A DNA stretch of 64,000 nucleotides, taken from assembly GCF_964355755.1 (NCBI RefSeq), contig NC_092672.1, forward strand, positions 27,100,437 to 27,164,436, written 5' to 3'. The translations under genes were made by a program, and so were the position numbers. Origin of the DNA: Antedon mediterranea (lineage: Eukaryota > Animalia > Echinodermata). How positions within the stretch are numbered: position 1 is the first letter of the stretch; each line of letters opens with the position of its first letter. Positions 29,434-42,180 of the stretch are shown piece after piece. The notes beneath the pieces were generated by a model. The model worked only from the letters and a program-made list of their open reading frames with translations. It did not search any database and was not told the DNA's origin.

Positions 29434-32420
29434 TACTCTAGTAGCTAGATCAACTTTCGTATGCACTTTGAGGTCCAGAGAATTTCACTTCAGAAATTGG
29501 TTTAGGGTGGTCAAACAATCATTTTTGGCTTGGTTACACATTTTGAAAATGTGGCGAAAGGTCAAAAGGTCAGGGTCAAAGGTTATAAGATCAAACACCA
29601 TTATGTCCTTAAATCTCGACAACCACTGGTCACAGCAAGGTAATTTTGGTCTCAAATTGATCAGAAGGTATACATTCATATTCAGTTTAATGAAACATTT
29701 TAGTCGAAAATGACCGGAAATGCCATTTCTGACCTTTGACCCATAAACCAGGGCATGTCTGTATCTCCGTAACTATTGGCCGTAGAGACTTGAATTTGGG
29801 CTCAAATTGTTCGAAATATACATTTAGTTATTTGTTACACATTTTGAACAATGTTACAAAAGGTCAAAAGGTCAAGGCAGGGGTTATATAAATAAACACA
29901 AATAGGTATTTGTATCTCGGCAACCACTGGTCACAGCGAGTAAATTTTGGTCTCAAAATGTTCAGAAGGTATACATTTATATTCAGTCTAATGAAACATT
30001 TTAGTCGAAAATGACCGGAAATGACATTTCTGACCTTTGACATACATACCAGGGCATCTTCTTATCTCTGTAAGTACAGGTCGTAGAAACTTAAATTTAG
30101 TATCAAATTGTTAGAAATACACATATTTACATTCATTCTAACAGAAAATTTGGATAAAAGATGATCAGAAATACTATTAATTACTAATCTTTTAAATGAA
30201 AAACATATCTACCCAACTTATCATTAGACAGTAATGTTATGCAATAATTGATGCTTAATAATTTCATTATAGGAATTAAAACAAATCCTTTACTGTTTGT
30301 AATAATTGTACTTTTGCTATAATAATGATAGAAAGTATTGTTGACCCCCGAACGTTCAAACATTTTGAGAATGCTAAAAGTAATTTACTGTAGTTACCTG
30401 AATAAAAGCCTCGGGCATTTATTTATTCAGGGAAGGCGTTTATTTTGTTGGGTGTAATAATGGTAACATGTATAATCTAATAAATACACCCCAGATATAT
30501 ATATGAAAAAAAATATATATATATAATAAGAATAATAACGAGATTAAACCTCATTCTATCCTGGTGGAAGTACAATCATGTAATAAAAGGTATCGGAGAC
30601 CACAATAATAGACCAAGTCATTGTCATTATTACGTAACACTGTTGCATAATAGTTTTGAATGTCAACGACAAAACGTATACATATACACGTCTGTTCCCA
30701 GTGTAGATAATAAAACAATATATATTTCTGGAGATTTATTATCAATACCACTAGAAACTTTGACATGTTTTAGGTACTGAATGCATTGACAATAAAAGCA
30801 TCAGAAGTTTATCATGATAAAATCATACTACAACACTGTACTACAGTACACAAGGGTGTTTTCAGGAAAGCTGGACATATTGTACAATATTAATGAAACT
30901 ATGTATTGGCATTTAAAACTATGCAAAAGATTGTTGTCAAATTTGTAGTTACAAACAAATAGATGATAGAATGAAGATCCATTATGAGTGCAATCGTGTC
31001 CGGATAATGATGTGTCATTGTTTTATATCATTATACTGGCACCTGAAGGAGAAGATTCATTTAATGGAATCTATCACTTTTATTTTAAAAGACAGAAACA
31101 TTTCGTTAAAAAGCATAAAGAGGAAAACGAATCATGTATTAAGTACCTTTTATCAGTTGAGAAACGAAATACAATTATTAAAATTGTGTATTCCTTCAAA
31201 TAAACGCCACCATTCCCTCCAATAGAACACCATGTGGAATAAACGCCCCGCCACTTGCATTTACACAATAATTGTATCACGTCAACACATTTCATTAACT
31301 ACCATAATCTACAATTTACCAAGCATTTTGACATAATTTTATCACTTTTTTATATTAATTGTGCAGTATTTTTTTACATCTAGGTGGTATTTATTTGATT
31401 ATACATGTTACCATATTATACCCCAAATAAAGATGCCTCCTTTCCCCCTAAAAACCCTTTTGAACAATAAATGCCTGGGGCGTTTAATCGGATACATATG
31501 GCAAGTTACTTCTAGCATTCTGAAAAGAACTGTTGAGCTTAAAGTTTCTATCAAAATGTCCTCGGGGAAAGCAATAACTAGTACTTGAAATTAAAACAAT
31601 TTAAAGTATCAGTTATTGCATAACATTACTGTCTAAGGATAAGTTGTGTAGATATGTTTTTTGTTTGAAACATTAGTAATAGTATTTCTGTTCATCTTTT
31701 AACCACATTTTCTATTACAATGAATGTAAATATGTATATTTCGAACAATTTGATACCAAATTTAAGTTTCTACGACCTGTACTTACAGAGATATGAAGAT
31801 GCCCTGGTATGTGGGTCAAAGGTCAGAAATGGCATTTCTGATCATTTTTGACTAAAATGCCCCATTAGATGGAATATAAATGCATGCCTTCTGAATATTT
31901 TGAGACCAAAATTGACTTGCTGCGACCAGTGGTTGCCGAGATACAAGTACCTTTTTTTATTCAAATAACCCTTGACCTTGACCCTTTGACCTTTTGTAAC
32001 ATTTTTCAAAATGTGTAACAAATAACAAAATATATATTTCGAAGAATTTAAAACCAAATTCAAGTGTCTACGACCAGTAGTTACGGAGATACATACATGC
32101 CCTGGGTTGTGGGTCAAAGGTCAGAAATAGCATTTCCGGTCATTTTTTTACTAAAATGTCCCATTAGACTGAATATAAATGTATACCTTCCGATTAATTT
32201 AAGACCAAAATTACCTCGTTGTGACCAGTGGTTGTTGAGATTTAAGGACATATTTATGTTTGGTCTTATGACCTTTCACCTTGACCTTTTGACCTTTCGC
32301 CACATTTTCAAAATGTGTAACCAAGCCAAATATGATTGTTTGACCACCCTAAACCAATTTCTGAAGTCAAATTCTCTGGACCTCAAAGTGCATACGAAAG
32401 TTGATCTAGCTACTAGAGTA
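29434..32420. mobile_element. Long-armed foldback DNA transposon (Academ-like; 3-bp TSD ATT)
   Basis: Inverted arms of about 950 bp starting tactctagtagctagatcaactttcg / cgaaagttgatctagctactagagta, flanked by att / att; internal tttgacctttgacc motifs like those in the 46000-50178 element. Confidence 0.8.
30388..31501. mobile_element. Possible Tc1/pogo (Tigger-like) element at the centre of the foldback
   Basis: Degenerate TIRs ta-ctgtagttacctgaataaaagcctcgggcattta / taaatgcctggggcgtttaatcggatacatatgg. Confidence 0.45.
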
Positions 32421-33825
32421 ATTTGCTTTCGACTTTATGTGTACTCTAATTTGTTCTTACGTATTACTCGTTTCAACTCCTTCTGAATACCTTTAGCTTG
32501 GGCAACGTCACCAATATTAAAAGCTCGTATTTATTTCTTAATAACTATCTCAATTAAGTTTTCATTGATCCATGGTTTAAAATTACCATACACTTTTACT
32601 TTCCTAATTGGATCACATTATCTGTACAAAAGTTGATAGAGGCAGTAACAGTTTCCGCCAATTCAACCACATTCTCAGAATTGTCCTTGAAAACATTCCA
32701 GACTGTCATTTTGAACACAAATTGAAGTTGTTCAATTGCTTCATTAGACCACTTCTTTACCGTAACCATCTTCGGCTTTTGGGCGGTACTTTGTTGTAGA
32801 TGCACCAGGTTATGATCTGATAAACCCAGGTTAGGTAATTTCCGTGATGTGAAGGCATCCTTTACGTTTGAATAACAGAGACCAAGCGTGTACTGCACTT
32901 TACGTGTTGGTAAAAATAAATACTGCTCCTATATAATGTACAGTGGTTAAAGTCCCCGCTCACGACGATGAGCATCAGGATATGCGATTTCTATCTCGCC
33001 AATGACATTACTCAATTCTGCTCTAGCTTCCCTAGCGTTCTTGTCGTTCTATCTATCTGTCATAGACCTGCCAATTGGCAGATAACAAGGTAGACAAGGT
33101 AGGTAGACTATCTATATTGTCCTCTGCTGCTTGTACAATGAATAAAACATATAGTGTAATTCAGGGACGACAGGCACCCTTTATATTTGTAAAAAAAAAG
33201 AAAAACGAAAGGAAAAGAAAGGAATTTAAAAAAAGGAGTAAAATACAGTCACGGACTAACAGTATATATTTCGTATTACATTACGCAATAAATTATATTA
33301 ACTTAAAAATCAGTCTGTGCAGACTAACCAAGGTCTGGGTGAACCACCCAGCCCCTGGAATGCGCGTACTGCATGTAATGTTATAACTTTGCCGTCGCCC
33401 GAAATTTCCTGTTTTTTTCTATTCAGTTTTGTAATTATCGCAGAGATTAAACAAAAGAAAAGACATACTGTTAATATGATATGCATTATGTAAGATACGT
33501 TATTCACATTGTGACGTCAACATACCCCATGGAAAGTTATATTGTGTATATTGTCCTCTTGAAATATATTGTTCAGACTCTCTAAATGCATTTTGGTTCA
33601 ATGAACCGAGTATATGTTCTTCTAACCACAGCAATAAAAGTCTACAACACCAGTTCATAGTCTTTCTATGGTACTAAATTTCTCTATTGTACTCTTTTCT
33701 AGGCAACCCACGGACATCTACTCAACTGTATCAATACCTATTTATATTGATATATTTAATTTCCTCAACAAATTGATGTAAATAAATATTGAGCTATAAT
33801 AAGCATTGCATTTTGCGATTTTTTC

Positions 33826-33835
33826 GGGACTTCCC
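33826..33835 (+). promoter_or_regulatory. Candidate NF-kB site GGGACTTCCC about 1.5 kb upstream of the NLR ATG
   Basis: Matches the GGGRNWYYCC consensus; only its position near an immune gene supports function. Confidence 0.25.
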
Positions 33836-35310
33836 CTAGACGATGTACTGTACGTTCGCATTGAACTTGAATGCAACGCAAACAAAATACTGAGTGAATG
33901 AAATCGGCAACAACATGTTATCGTCCTTTAATTAGTTAAGTGTGTTTATTGGAGGGAAAAGTATAATCGTTTTGCTCATTGGTACTGGTAGCATGCTACA
34001 TGAGAGTGCCTTTTCCTGTAAATTATAGGTGCCATTTATCATGAATTTTATGTGCTAGAGTACCATTTCCAGCCATCTGGGGCGTCATTTAACAACGTTC
34101 GCTTCGCCATAGGTCATGTCGACGGCCCTGGACAAGCACCTTTTTTTAGGCCAAGCAAGACTTGCGCGAGTACCCTGCTGTGACGCTTTTACTCAAAATA
34201 GGCATGTGGAGGAAAAATGCCACCTTTTCATAGGCTAGTAGTTTTCATATTTAAAATCAATATCAATTTTTAATACATTTATAATAATCTGAGAGTGCTA
34301 TTTTCGACCATCTAGAGGTGTTATATTTTCACAATCTCCGCAACTCAGCCCCCACCATGGTGGGGATGAGTTGGAGTGGACTCTATACAGTTGCCTCTTC
34401 CCGCCACCCCCTTCCCGCGTCCACCACTTTAAAAAAAATTCTGGATCAGCCCCTGTAATTTAACCAAAGTTCTAGTAAAGTTACAATCATGTATAAATTA
34501 GCAGATGGGTCCAATGGTCATCAGATTTTACACCCATACCTTGCAGAATAAAGTGAAATTAGCTTCTTTTAAATGTTTTCACAGATTAAAACTTATATAG
34601 GGATACTAGAAAAAAGCTTAAACAATTTAATAGTCTGATAAACCAACACGTCAAAGTGCAAATAAAATATAATTCTTTTTCTCGATTGTACAGTATGTAT
34701 TGGTATTTCTGTTGCTTTCACTCATTGTTCTGCTAAAGCAAACTCCTAATAAAAATTGAACAATAGTCATAGAATATCTTTTGCTTAACAAAGACTAGTA
34801 TCAAACTGTTCATCGTACTTTTTCACCTTTGTATTGTTATTTTAGTTTTCGCTGAAAGAAAAGACATACTGTTAGGCCTACTGTTACAACGATCAACGTC
34901 GAGCGATACGTGTCTGTAAATAAAGAGTTGCGAATGAATTGCATATTTTCACCTGAAAAATAAACATATGGTCATTGGTCCCTGGATGTATTGACGCTTG
35001 ATATTAAAGCTACCAATCAAATTAGCACAAAAGTGTATTCTTTGCGTGAGAAGCTTGATATGCATTATGTAAGATACGTTATTCACAGTGGGACGTTATC
35101 ATACCCCATGGGAAGTTATACTGTGTACATTGTCCTCTTGAAATGTATTAGTCTACAACTGCAAAGAAAAGAACACACAATGTGTAGGTGCAAACCTCAT
35201 CATTTTTTCTCAGATACACTACAATAAATAATGAAAAATATGCACAATATGTAATTTATTATCTAGTATTTATTTATTTTACAGACGAGGGGCTACTATA
35301 CTTTTTTTAA

Positions 35311-35851
35311 ATGGCAGATGATGATGCTAAAAAAAGGTTCTCTAAATTTAAAAATAATCTCAGTAAACTATATGAAGGTGACAAATACCCTTGGCTCAGA
35401 TTTTTTCTGTTTGAACATCTGGATTTGGAGGACGTCACTCAACCAAGCAAAACAGCACTGGATTTATTCAATGGACTGGAAGAGAAAGGTATCATTTCGC
35501 ATACTAATGTTGCACTTCTCTTAGATATTGCTACGGTATCAAATTTGAAGAAAGTTATAGAACTTGTAAGGCAGTATATATCGAGCAATCAAAGTACGTC
35601 TGAAGACGATATAAATCACCAGTTGTCACAATATAGGAAAAGGCTTTTTATTGCGTTAAGACAAGTAGATCCAGATGCATTCAAGCATGTTATGTCTGTT
35701 TATGAACTAACCACATTCGGATTCAAAAATATCTGGGAAGCAGTACATAAGTTGGGGCTTACTGGTCGATTATCTACTGAACAACAACATACAATAATTG
35801 AGTTTGCTGAATGCCTTAGCGAACGTGCAAAAAACATATTACTAGGTAGAG
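35311..35851 (+). CDS. NLR exon encoding tandem death-effector-like (DED) domains
   Basis: F..LS......LRFFL......LDLFNGLEEKGIISHTNVALLLDIA......L...V..Y resembles a DED. A second related unit begins LSQYRKRLF. Confidence 0.7.
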
Positions 35852-38800
35852 GTACGTGGAAAATGTTTAGTTTATTTGGAAGTCTTAATTTTCTGTAACA
35901 TTGTAGCAACATGATGATGATGATGATGATTACATCAATTGTTGTTTGCGAATGTATTGCATCTATAATGGTGTATATCAGCAAAGTAATACAAATCATT
36001 TTTGAATCAGTACATTGCGTCTATCAGTTCAAAAATTAAATAAAATAAAAATTAAATTAAACCACTTTTAAGTTATTGGCGTTTTGTGCTTATTATGGTA
36101 TGGTTATTTTATGGAAATCATTGATAATTTTATAATTATGTAATTTATTATGTATTTATTTTAACATGTTTATTTCTTTGAAAGGTGAAACGGTTTGTGT
36201 CACTGTAAATAAGTCTTATATGGGCAGCATGTTTAATGAAGGTTTGAAATCTATTGAGCCACGTGGTGTTTTAAATAAAATGGAATGGAAAAAGTTAGGA
36301 ATCAACAACCCAGAAGCATCGATATATTTTTGTTTTTGTACAAAAAATCGACCAGCTTTGAAAGAATTAATTGACATGCATTACGAGGACGAGCTAATTT
36401 ACGCTTTAGCAAACGTTTTAAGTGACACAGAAAATCGACAGAAATTTCTAGAAGACTGGGAAGTAAAGATTGACTCAGATAAAGCCAAAGATGCTTTAAA
36501 GAAATTAAAAACTGAAGGTAAATTTTAACAGTTAGAAACCAAAAAGGATCAGTATAATAGAATTATGAAGAGTTATTCTATTGTGTTAAATCAACAGTTA
36601 GTGTTGGTCAATCATGTGTCAATACTGCGATGTTAGCATTAGGCCTATATTATTGTTTCTCTCATACTTTCTTTTATCATTTAAGAGGTACTCACTTCTT
36701 GAAGGAAAAATAGTTCAGACATCATTGTGAATTAATTATTTTAACATATTGTTGCATTTAAAGTTTATTGTCACTAATCGCGATCGTGTCTGTTCAATAC
36801 AGCTTCAACTTATAACTGATAATTGACTGTAGCGTTCGTTAATGTAGTCCTTTCTGCTTGCGTTGGCACTTCAGATGTAAAACGTAACGCTCTTTCTTAC
36901 GTTAATCATTTGTAGCCTGCTATATAGGCATACTGTTGAATTAATGTACCATAAAATACACCTTAGATAAGCAATTCGATTTTTCTTTTTGATTTGTTGT
37001 ATATTTCAAATACATTTAACAAGTACATAATTTAACTAATAAATATCTTACAGTTTCATCAAACACTGCGCAGGAAAGCTATGAAGGTAATTATTATTTT
37101 CTACTTTTCATGTTCATTTCTGTTGACAAATAATTTCAAGTTATTAACTGAATTATTCCACTGGATTACCTAAATTGTGTTAATTATGTTGGCATAACAT
37201 TTAAGCTGAAATATGCAGAAGTGAAGTAGATAACGTTGCAAATTTCTGAAAATGCCATTTTTTTTATTTCATTTATAGTCGGTAAGAAACATTTTTTTAA
37301 TTTTCTCACCTTTGTATTTTAATCTAACTTTACATGACGAGTAAGTTAAAACCAGTAAATTTTTCTAACTTGTAAGGTTATTGTTTTACTAGTTATCCTG
37401 TCATATAGTTCTGTCCAATACAGGGTGTACTCTAATTATGCTGTGTTTTACTTAAATTACTTATAACAGATTTAATAGACATGATGACCAAATTAAAAAT
37501 AACTTTTCTCTTTTTCATTTAAGGTGTGGAAATTGCATTAACTCTCATTAGGAACAAAAGTGGAAGTGGGAAACCACATGCACTAGAACTCCTTTTCAAT
37601 TTATTGGCAGAACAGAAAGAGTGGAAGATAAAAGCTGTCAATGAAGTTAACAAAACTATGAAAAAGCTTGCCGATTATTTCGAAGAAAAGCATCTATATT
37701 TTGAGAAAGTAGAAAGTGGAAGTATAGTGTTATATCTAGTGGCACACGACTCAGAAGCATTGGAAAATCTGTGGGAAATGTATTCAAATAACGAGCTGAA
37801 ACACGATTTAGTGAAAATATTAGTAACAGATGAATATCAGAATGTAGAGATGGACATTGCAATTCGTGAACGGGATTACAGCAAAGCATTGGAAAAACTA
37901 AAAAAATTTGGTAAGAAAATGTGTTTAGTTGAAAGATTGACTCGTATATAAATGTCTATCTAGACAATGGTTTTCAATTCATACATGATTTTTTAAACAG
38001 AAAAATCAGACAAGAAATGTGCATTTAAAGAAGAACATAGCTCACAAGCAGGTTAGTCATCAACGTTTTAATAAAGTATATAATAGTGTGAAGCGCTAGT
38101 AAAATCCACAAACATACACAATACAGCGGGGGCCGAAACGCAAAATGAAATAAAGATAGGCCGCAAGCATCACGTCTGCCAGTTTCGACTTTATAATATG
38201 AGTGTCAGGTTTTCGAATTAGTAAACATGGTGTCATTTATCAATCTATCTATATAAAGAGTTAAATTACAAGTTCTCAAAAACCTTTATTTCAAAATGCA
38301 TATCGTCGCATATAACAATGACCATGAAAGTATACTGATAGAAAAATAATTAGGACCATATTGGTGTAAATAAAAGAAATTCATTCTATCACCAGTGAAA
38401 AGTAATCTCATTCTACCCTTTCAGTTCATAACTATTGTTATGTTCATAACCCGTGTCCACGGCCTAATATTTTAAAACCAATTTGACTTACAACAAGTTT
38501 TAGTATATTTTTAAAGAAAAAGAATGTTTCAAGTTCTGATAATTCTACGCACGATGCATATTGCAAGAGTGTTATTATAATACGAGGTCGAACTTGAAGA
38601 CAGGAGGTTAGAACACAATGACCTGTATTTGTGTGTCAAAGGCCCTGTTCAGACCCATGGCGTTAGACCGTTTTAGCGTACGACGCTAAAAGAATGTGTG
38701 TCTGAACAGTTGGGGATTAGCGTACAACGCGTCGTACAACGGTTGTAGCGTTGTAGTGGAAAACGGTTGATAGTACCGTTTTAGCGTACGACGCTACTGT

Positions 38801-41800
38801 AAGTCAACGTTGTATCCAATCAGAACGTTTCCTGTTATGACGCGAAACAAGGTTTGACCTAGGCTGACATCTTGTATCGTCAATGTGTGAGATGGATTTC
38901 AATAACAAAAAGGCCAGAATAAATAAGGCCTAACTACACTACAAATACAACTGTTACAAAGGCTACAAACTATTATCATTTGATTACCATTATATTTTCT
39001 AACAAATGACATAAATACATGCACCTTGTATTTAAACATAGGGACTACGATCCCATCCGCTTTTAGGCCTAGCTAGGCCTAGAGCCATTTACGCATTTCA
39101 TTCAAGCTAAAAACTAGCGTGGGACATCAAGTCACTCATTCATACAAGGCAGACTAGACTGGACAAGTTTAATGCTGAAAACCCCCTAACTCCTAAAAAA
39201 ATCAGTAAACAAACAAGGGGAGCTGTGTCCCTTTTATTAGCAAGTTAAGGGTTATTTTCAACCGACTGGACCAAAGAATATATATATCTTTGACTGGACT
39301 GGATAGACTAATCACAATCATATTTTTCTTCATCATTACGATACGAGGCCTGCTTTATTTTCGTAACGCAAGAGCCTGGGGAGAATGTTTTTAACTACAA
39401 AATAAAAACAATAGAAACAGAAATTTGGCTTTACTATATTTTTCTTAAATAAATGCTGAGGTATGTTTTATTTACGGCAAATTTTGTCATAATAATAGGG
39501 CTGAGATCTAGGCCTATATACAGTGGAAATAATGATGAAAACACGTGGGTAAAAGCACATGAATATGCAACTGGAACCAACCTGGATGACGTACTTCCGT
39601 TGTAACGATAATCGTACGCTATGGGTCTGAACACCTCGTTTTTTTCTCTGCGGTTTGTAACGTGACCTTGATAGTAACGTTGTACGCTAAAACGGTCTAA
39701 CGCCATGGGTCTGAACAGGGCCTAATAGTACTTTCTTTTTAATAGGTATGGAATTGAGTGAAAAAACAATACAGCATTTCTCTTCTATCTCTGAAAAAAA
39801 CACACTGTCACCAACAGAAAAGGGTAAATGTAACCATTGATTTTTTTCTGTACTGTAATGGACTTTTCTTATTATATGTGAAACTACTCAAAAAATAGTC
39901 TCTCTATTGAATTCCAATTGAAAAGGCACCTGTATTAAGGTTTGTTATTATAATAACATGTTTTTTTTCAGACGTTATGATATTTCTGAAAGAACAACAA
40001 GAAGATTCGTATAGATATATAAACCTAATGGAAGCAGCAGTTTTTGGTGAACAATACAAAGTTGATATTGCAGATGTATTCACAGATCTAGAGTTACTTC
40101 AATCTACAAAACAAAGACATGTCGACCATGCAACAAGGATGCAAGAATCTAAACGTACACATTTGAAAGATGTTTTGAAGGTTATCAAATCTAAACGTTC
40201 ATGTAAAGTTCTTATAACAGGTAAAGGGGGGATGGGAAAGACAACCCTTCTCAGATATATTGCTTATAACTGGGCTAGCAATAAAGATGATACCTTTTCT
40301 GATAAAATATTGTTTCTAATAAATATCAGAGATTTACAGGCTGGAAAGACAATCATAGACACGATTGTTGATCAAGTAAACCTTCAGGTTTTCAGTTCGT
40401 TTATGAATACAAAATCTCCAAAAGAATTAATTCAACAATTTTTGATCAAACAGGGGGATAAATTAGTTGTACTATTAGATGGATTAGATGAGATAAAGCA
40501 AGGTGTTGAAGTTCCAATAAGCTTATTTATAAGTAGGAATTTTAAAACTACAACATTAATAACATCACGACCGGAGAATATTACTAAATTTGTTGAAGCG
40601 TGTGATGTGCACATTGAAGTAAATGGATTTAGTAAAGAAAGTCAGAGGCAATACATTGGGAAATACTTTGTCAATAATGAGGATCCCAATAAAGGGAAAA
40701 TGTTATGTAGTGAATTAACACATAATTCACACAAAGAGAATTCAATAGTTGAACTGTGTTCCTCGCCACTTTTACTGCTCATGATTTGTAGTATATGGGA
40801 AGAGTTCGGCAAGCTTTCTAAACACTTGTCAGATCTTTTCAAAGAATTAATTTGTTGCACTTTAAATCAGTTTATATTGAAAGAAAATAGGGCGGTAGAC
40901 AAACCTAGAATTGAAAATGTTGAGAGAATTCCAGTTGAATATAAAAAAGCAATATTGGCATTAGGCCAATGTATATATGAAGGACTAAAGACAAATAAAC
41001 TGATAATTGACAAGTATAAATTCACATGTATGGTTGAGAAAAGACCAATAGTAGACTTGGCACTTAGAATTGGATTTGTTTACAAAAAGCAACCTGTTTC
41101 TAAAAGAGATAGAAAGGAGATTTTTGCTCCTCCACACAAGCTACTTTCAGATGCATTAGCAGGGTTTTACCTTGCTGATAAGTGCCAGTCAGGTGATTTG
41201 AATGAGGAAGAGTGTGAAATGATAATGTTTAATGACTATTTGCATACGACAATCGTATTCACTATAGGATTCTTAGGTGCTGATGCTGGTAGATTTATGA
41301 AACATTGGTTGAAAGTAAAAGCTTCAAACTATTACTCACTAGCAAAGTACTTTAGATATGTAAAGGCAGAACACAGAAATTCAGTATTAAAAGAATTAGA
41401 TAAAGAGATATCGAGGGACAAAATACTGAGAGAAACATGCTCAGAAATGACAGAGTCATTTAGAAGTGTTCTAAGAATTGGCTCTGTGGGTAAGCTAAAA
41501 GCAACACTTAAAAAGACAGATGAACATTTAGTGCAACTTATGAGCAAATATCTAAAATATGTAGATGATCAAAGCAATTGTTATGACAGAATTGAAAATA
41601 CGCTATCAATGATTATGACAACAAGAGCAACTAAATCGACAGCAGATTTTTGTGCTATGCTAGTTCATATCTATATAATCGTACATGGACTAATGCGTGA
41701 TAGACACATGCTTTGCAGATATGGCAATGAAAAACGAATATTTGAATTGCATTCATTGGTAGACGACAGTGCACTTGATACCCTTTCAGCTGTAATGGAA

Positions 41801-41866
41801 AATTTTCAATTTCACTACAGCTTTCATAATGTTACAGTTGCAAAATCAGTGACTCCCAAATTCTAG
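35311..41866 (+). CDS. NLR/STAND-family immune gene: tandem DED + two TRADD-N-like domains + NACHT, LRR region truncated (about 1105 aa)
   Basis: Exons 35311-35851, 36185-36517, 37054-37086, 37524-37910, 38001-38051, 39746-39823 and 39972-41866 all have GT-AG sites with phase-1 introns, giving an open frame of 3318 nt. NACHT motifs: Walker A GKGGMGKTT, Walker B LVVLLDGLDE, sensor LITSRP, PLLL, winged-helix F..HKLL..LA. An acceptor at 35283-35284 implies a 5' UTR exon upstream. Confidence 0.85.
36185..36517 (+). CDS. NLR exon encoding divergent TRADD-N-like domain 1
   Basis: EASIYFCFCTKNRPALKELIDMHYEDELIYALANVL...AKDALKKLK parallels the exon at 37524-37910. Confidence 0.55.
37524..37910 (+). 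CDS. NLR exon encoding TRADD-N-like domain 2
   Basis: KVESGSIVLYLVAHDSEALENLWEMYSNNELKHDLVKILVTDE fits the GS-I/L...L..LW..Y..G.L...L...LVT pattern of invertebrate TRADD-like N domains (recalled, not searched). Confidence 0.65.
38641..39722. mobile_element. PIF/Harbinger-type MITE in NLR intron 5
   Basis: TIR of about 41 bp ggccctgttcagacccatggcgttagaccgttttagcgtac with its exact reverse complement; flanks aaa / taa (TWA-type TSD, left one imperfect). Confidence 0.8.
39972..41866 (+). CDS. NLR exon encoding NACHT NTPase, helical and winged-helix domains
   Basis: 629-aa ORF with Walker A/B, sensor-1 and PLLL motifs; acceptor ttttttttcag at 39961-39971. Confidence 0.93.
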
Positions 41867-42180
41867 AATCATTTTTTGAAATTTTCTTCTAACCTGGACT
41901 TTCTAGAAGTTACACATGAACGTGAAACATATCGATCTTATGTTGTGTATATAGGCCTAACCTCAATGGAAAATTCTTCTGAACTGAAGGCAAACAAAAA
42001 GTCTTTCATATGGTAATGAAACAATGACGGCCTTTTTTAAAACTCATCAATCAAATTAAATTTTACATCGAATTTATGTTTCAATGTAGCTTGTATACAA
42101 GTACCTTGTCTATTGGTAGACACTCATAAAGCGAGTTTAAAGCTCACAAAATGGTATAGAAATGGGATTAATTAATTATA

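Larger units (their letters stand above)
28743..33060 (-). mobile_element. Rex1/Babar-like LINE, internally deleted and interrupted at 29434-32420
   Basis: TLGLCYSNVKDAF....PNLGLSDHNLVHL..VKKWS.E..EQLQ..F..T.W.VF (32596-32898); RT C-terminal ILEDTNHPLH..F....SGR....T.RYK.SFYP (28743-29042). Confidence 0.8.

Noticed and set aside
30971-31295. Short overlapping ORFs in the centre of the foldback
   Set aside because: No transposase or other recognisable motifs; consistent with chance ORFs in AT-rich DNA.
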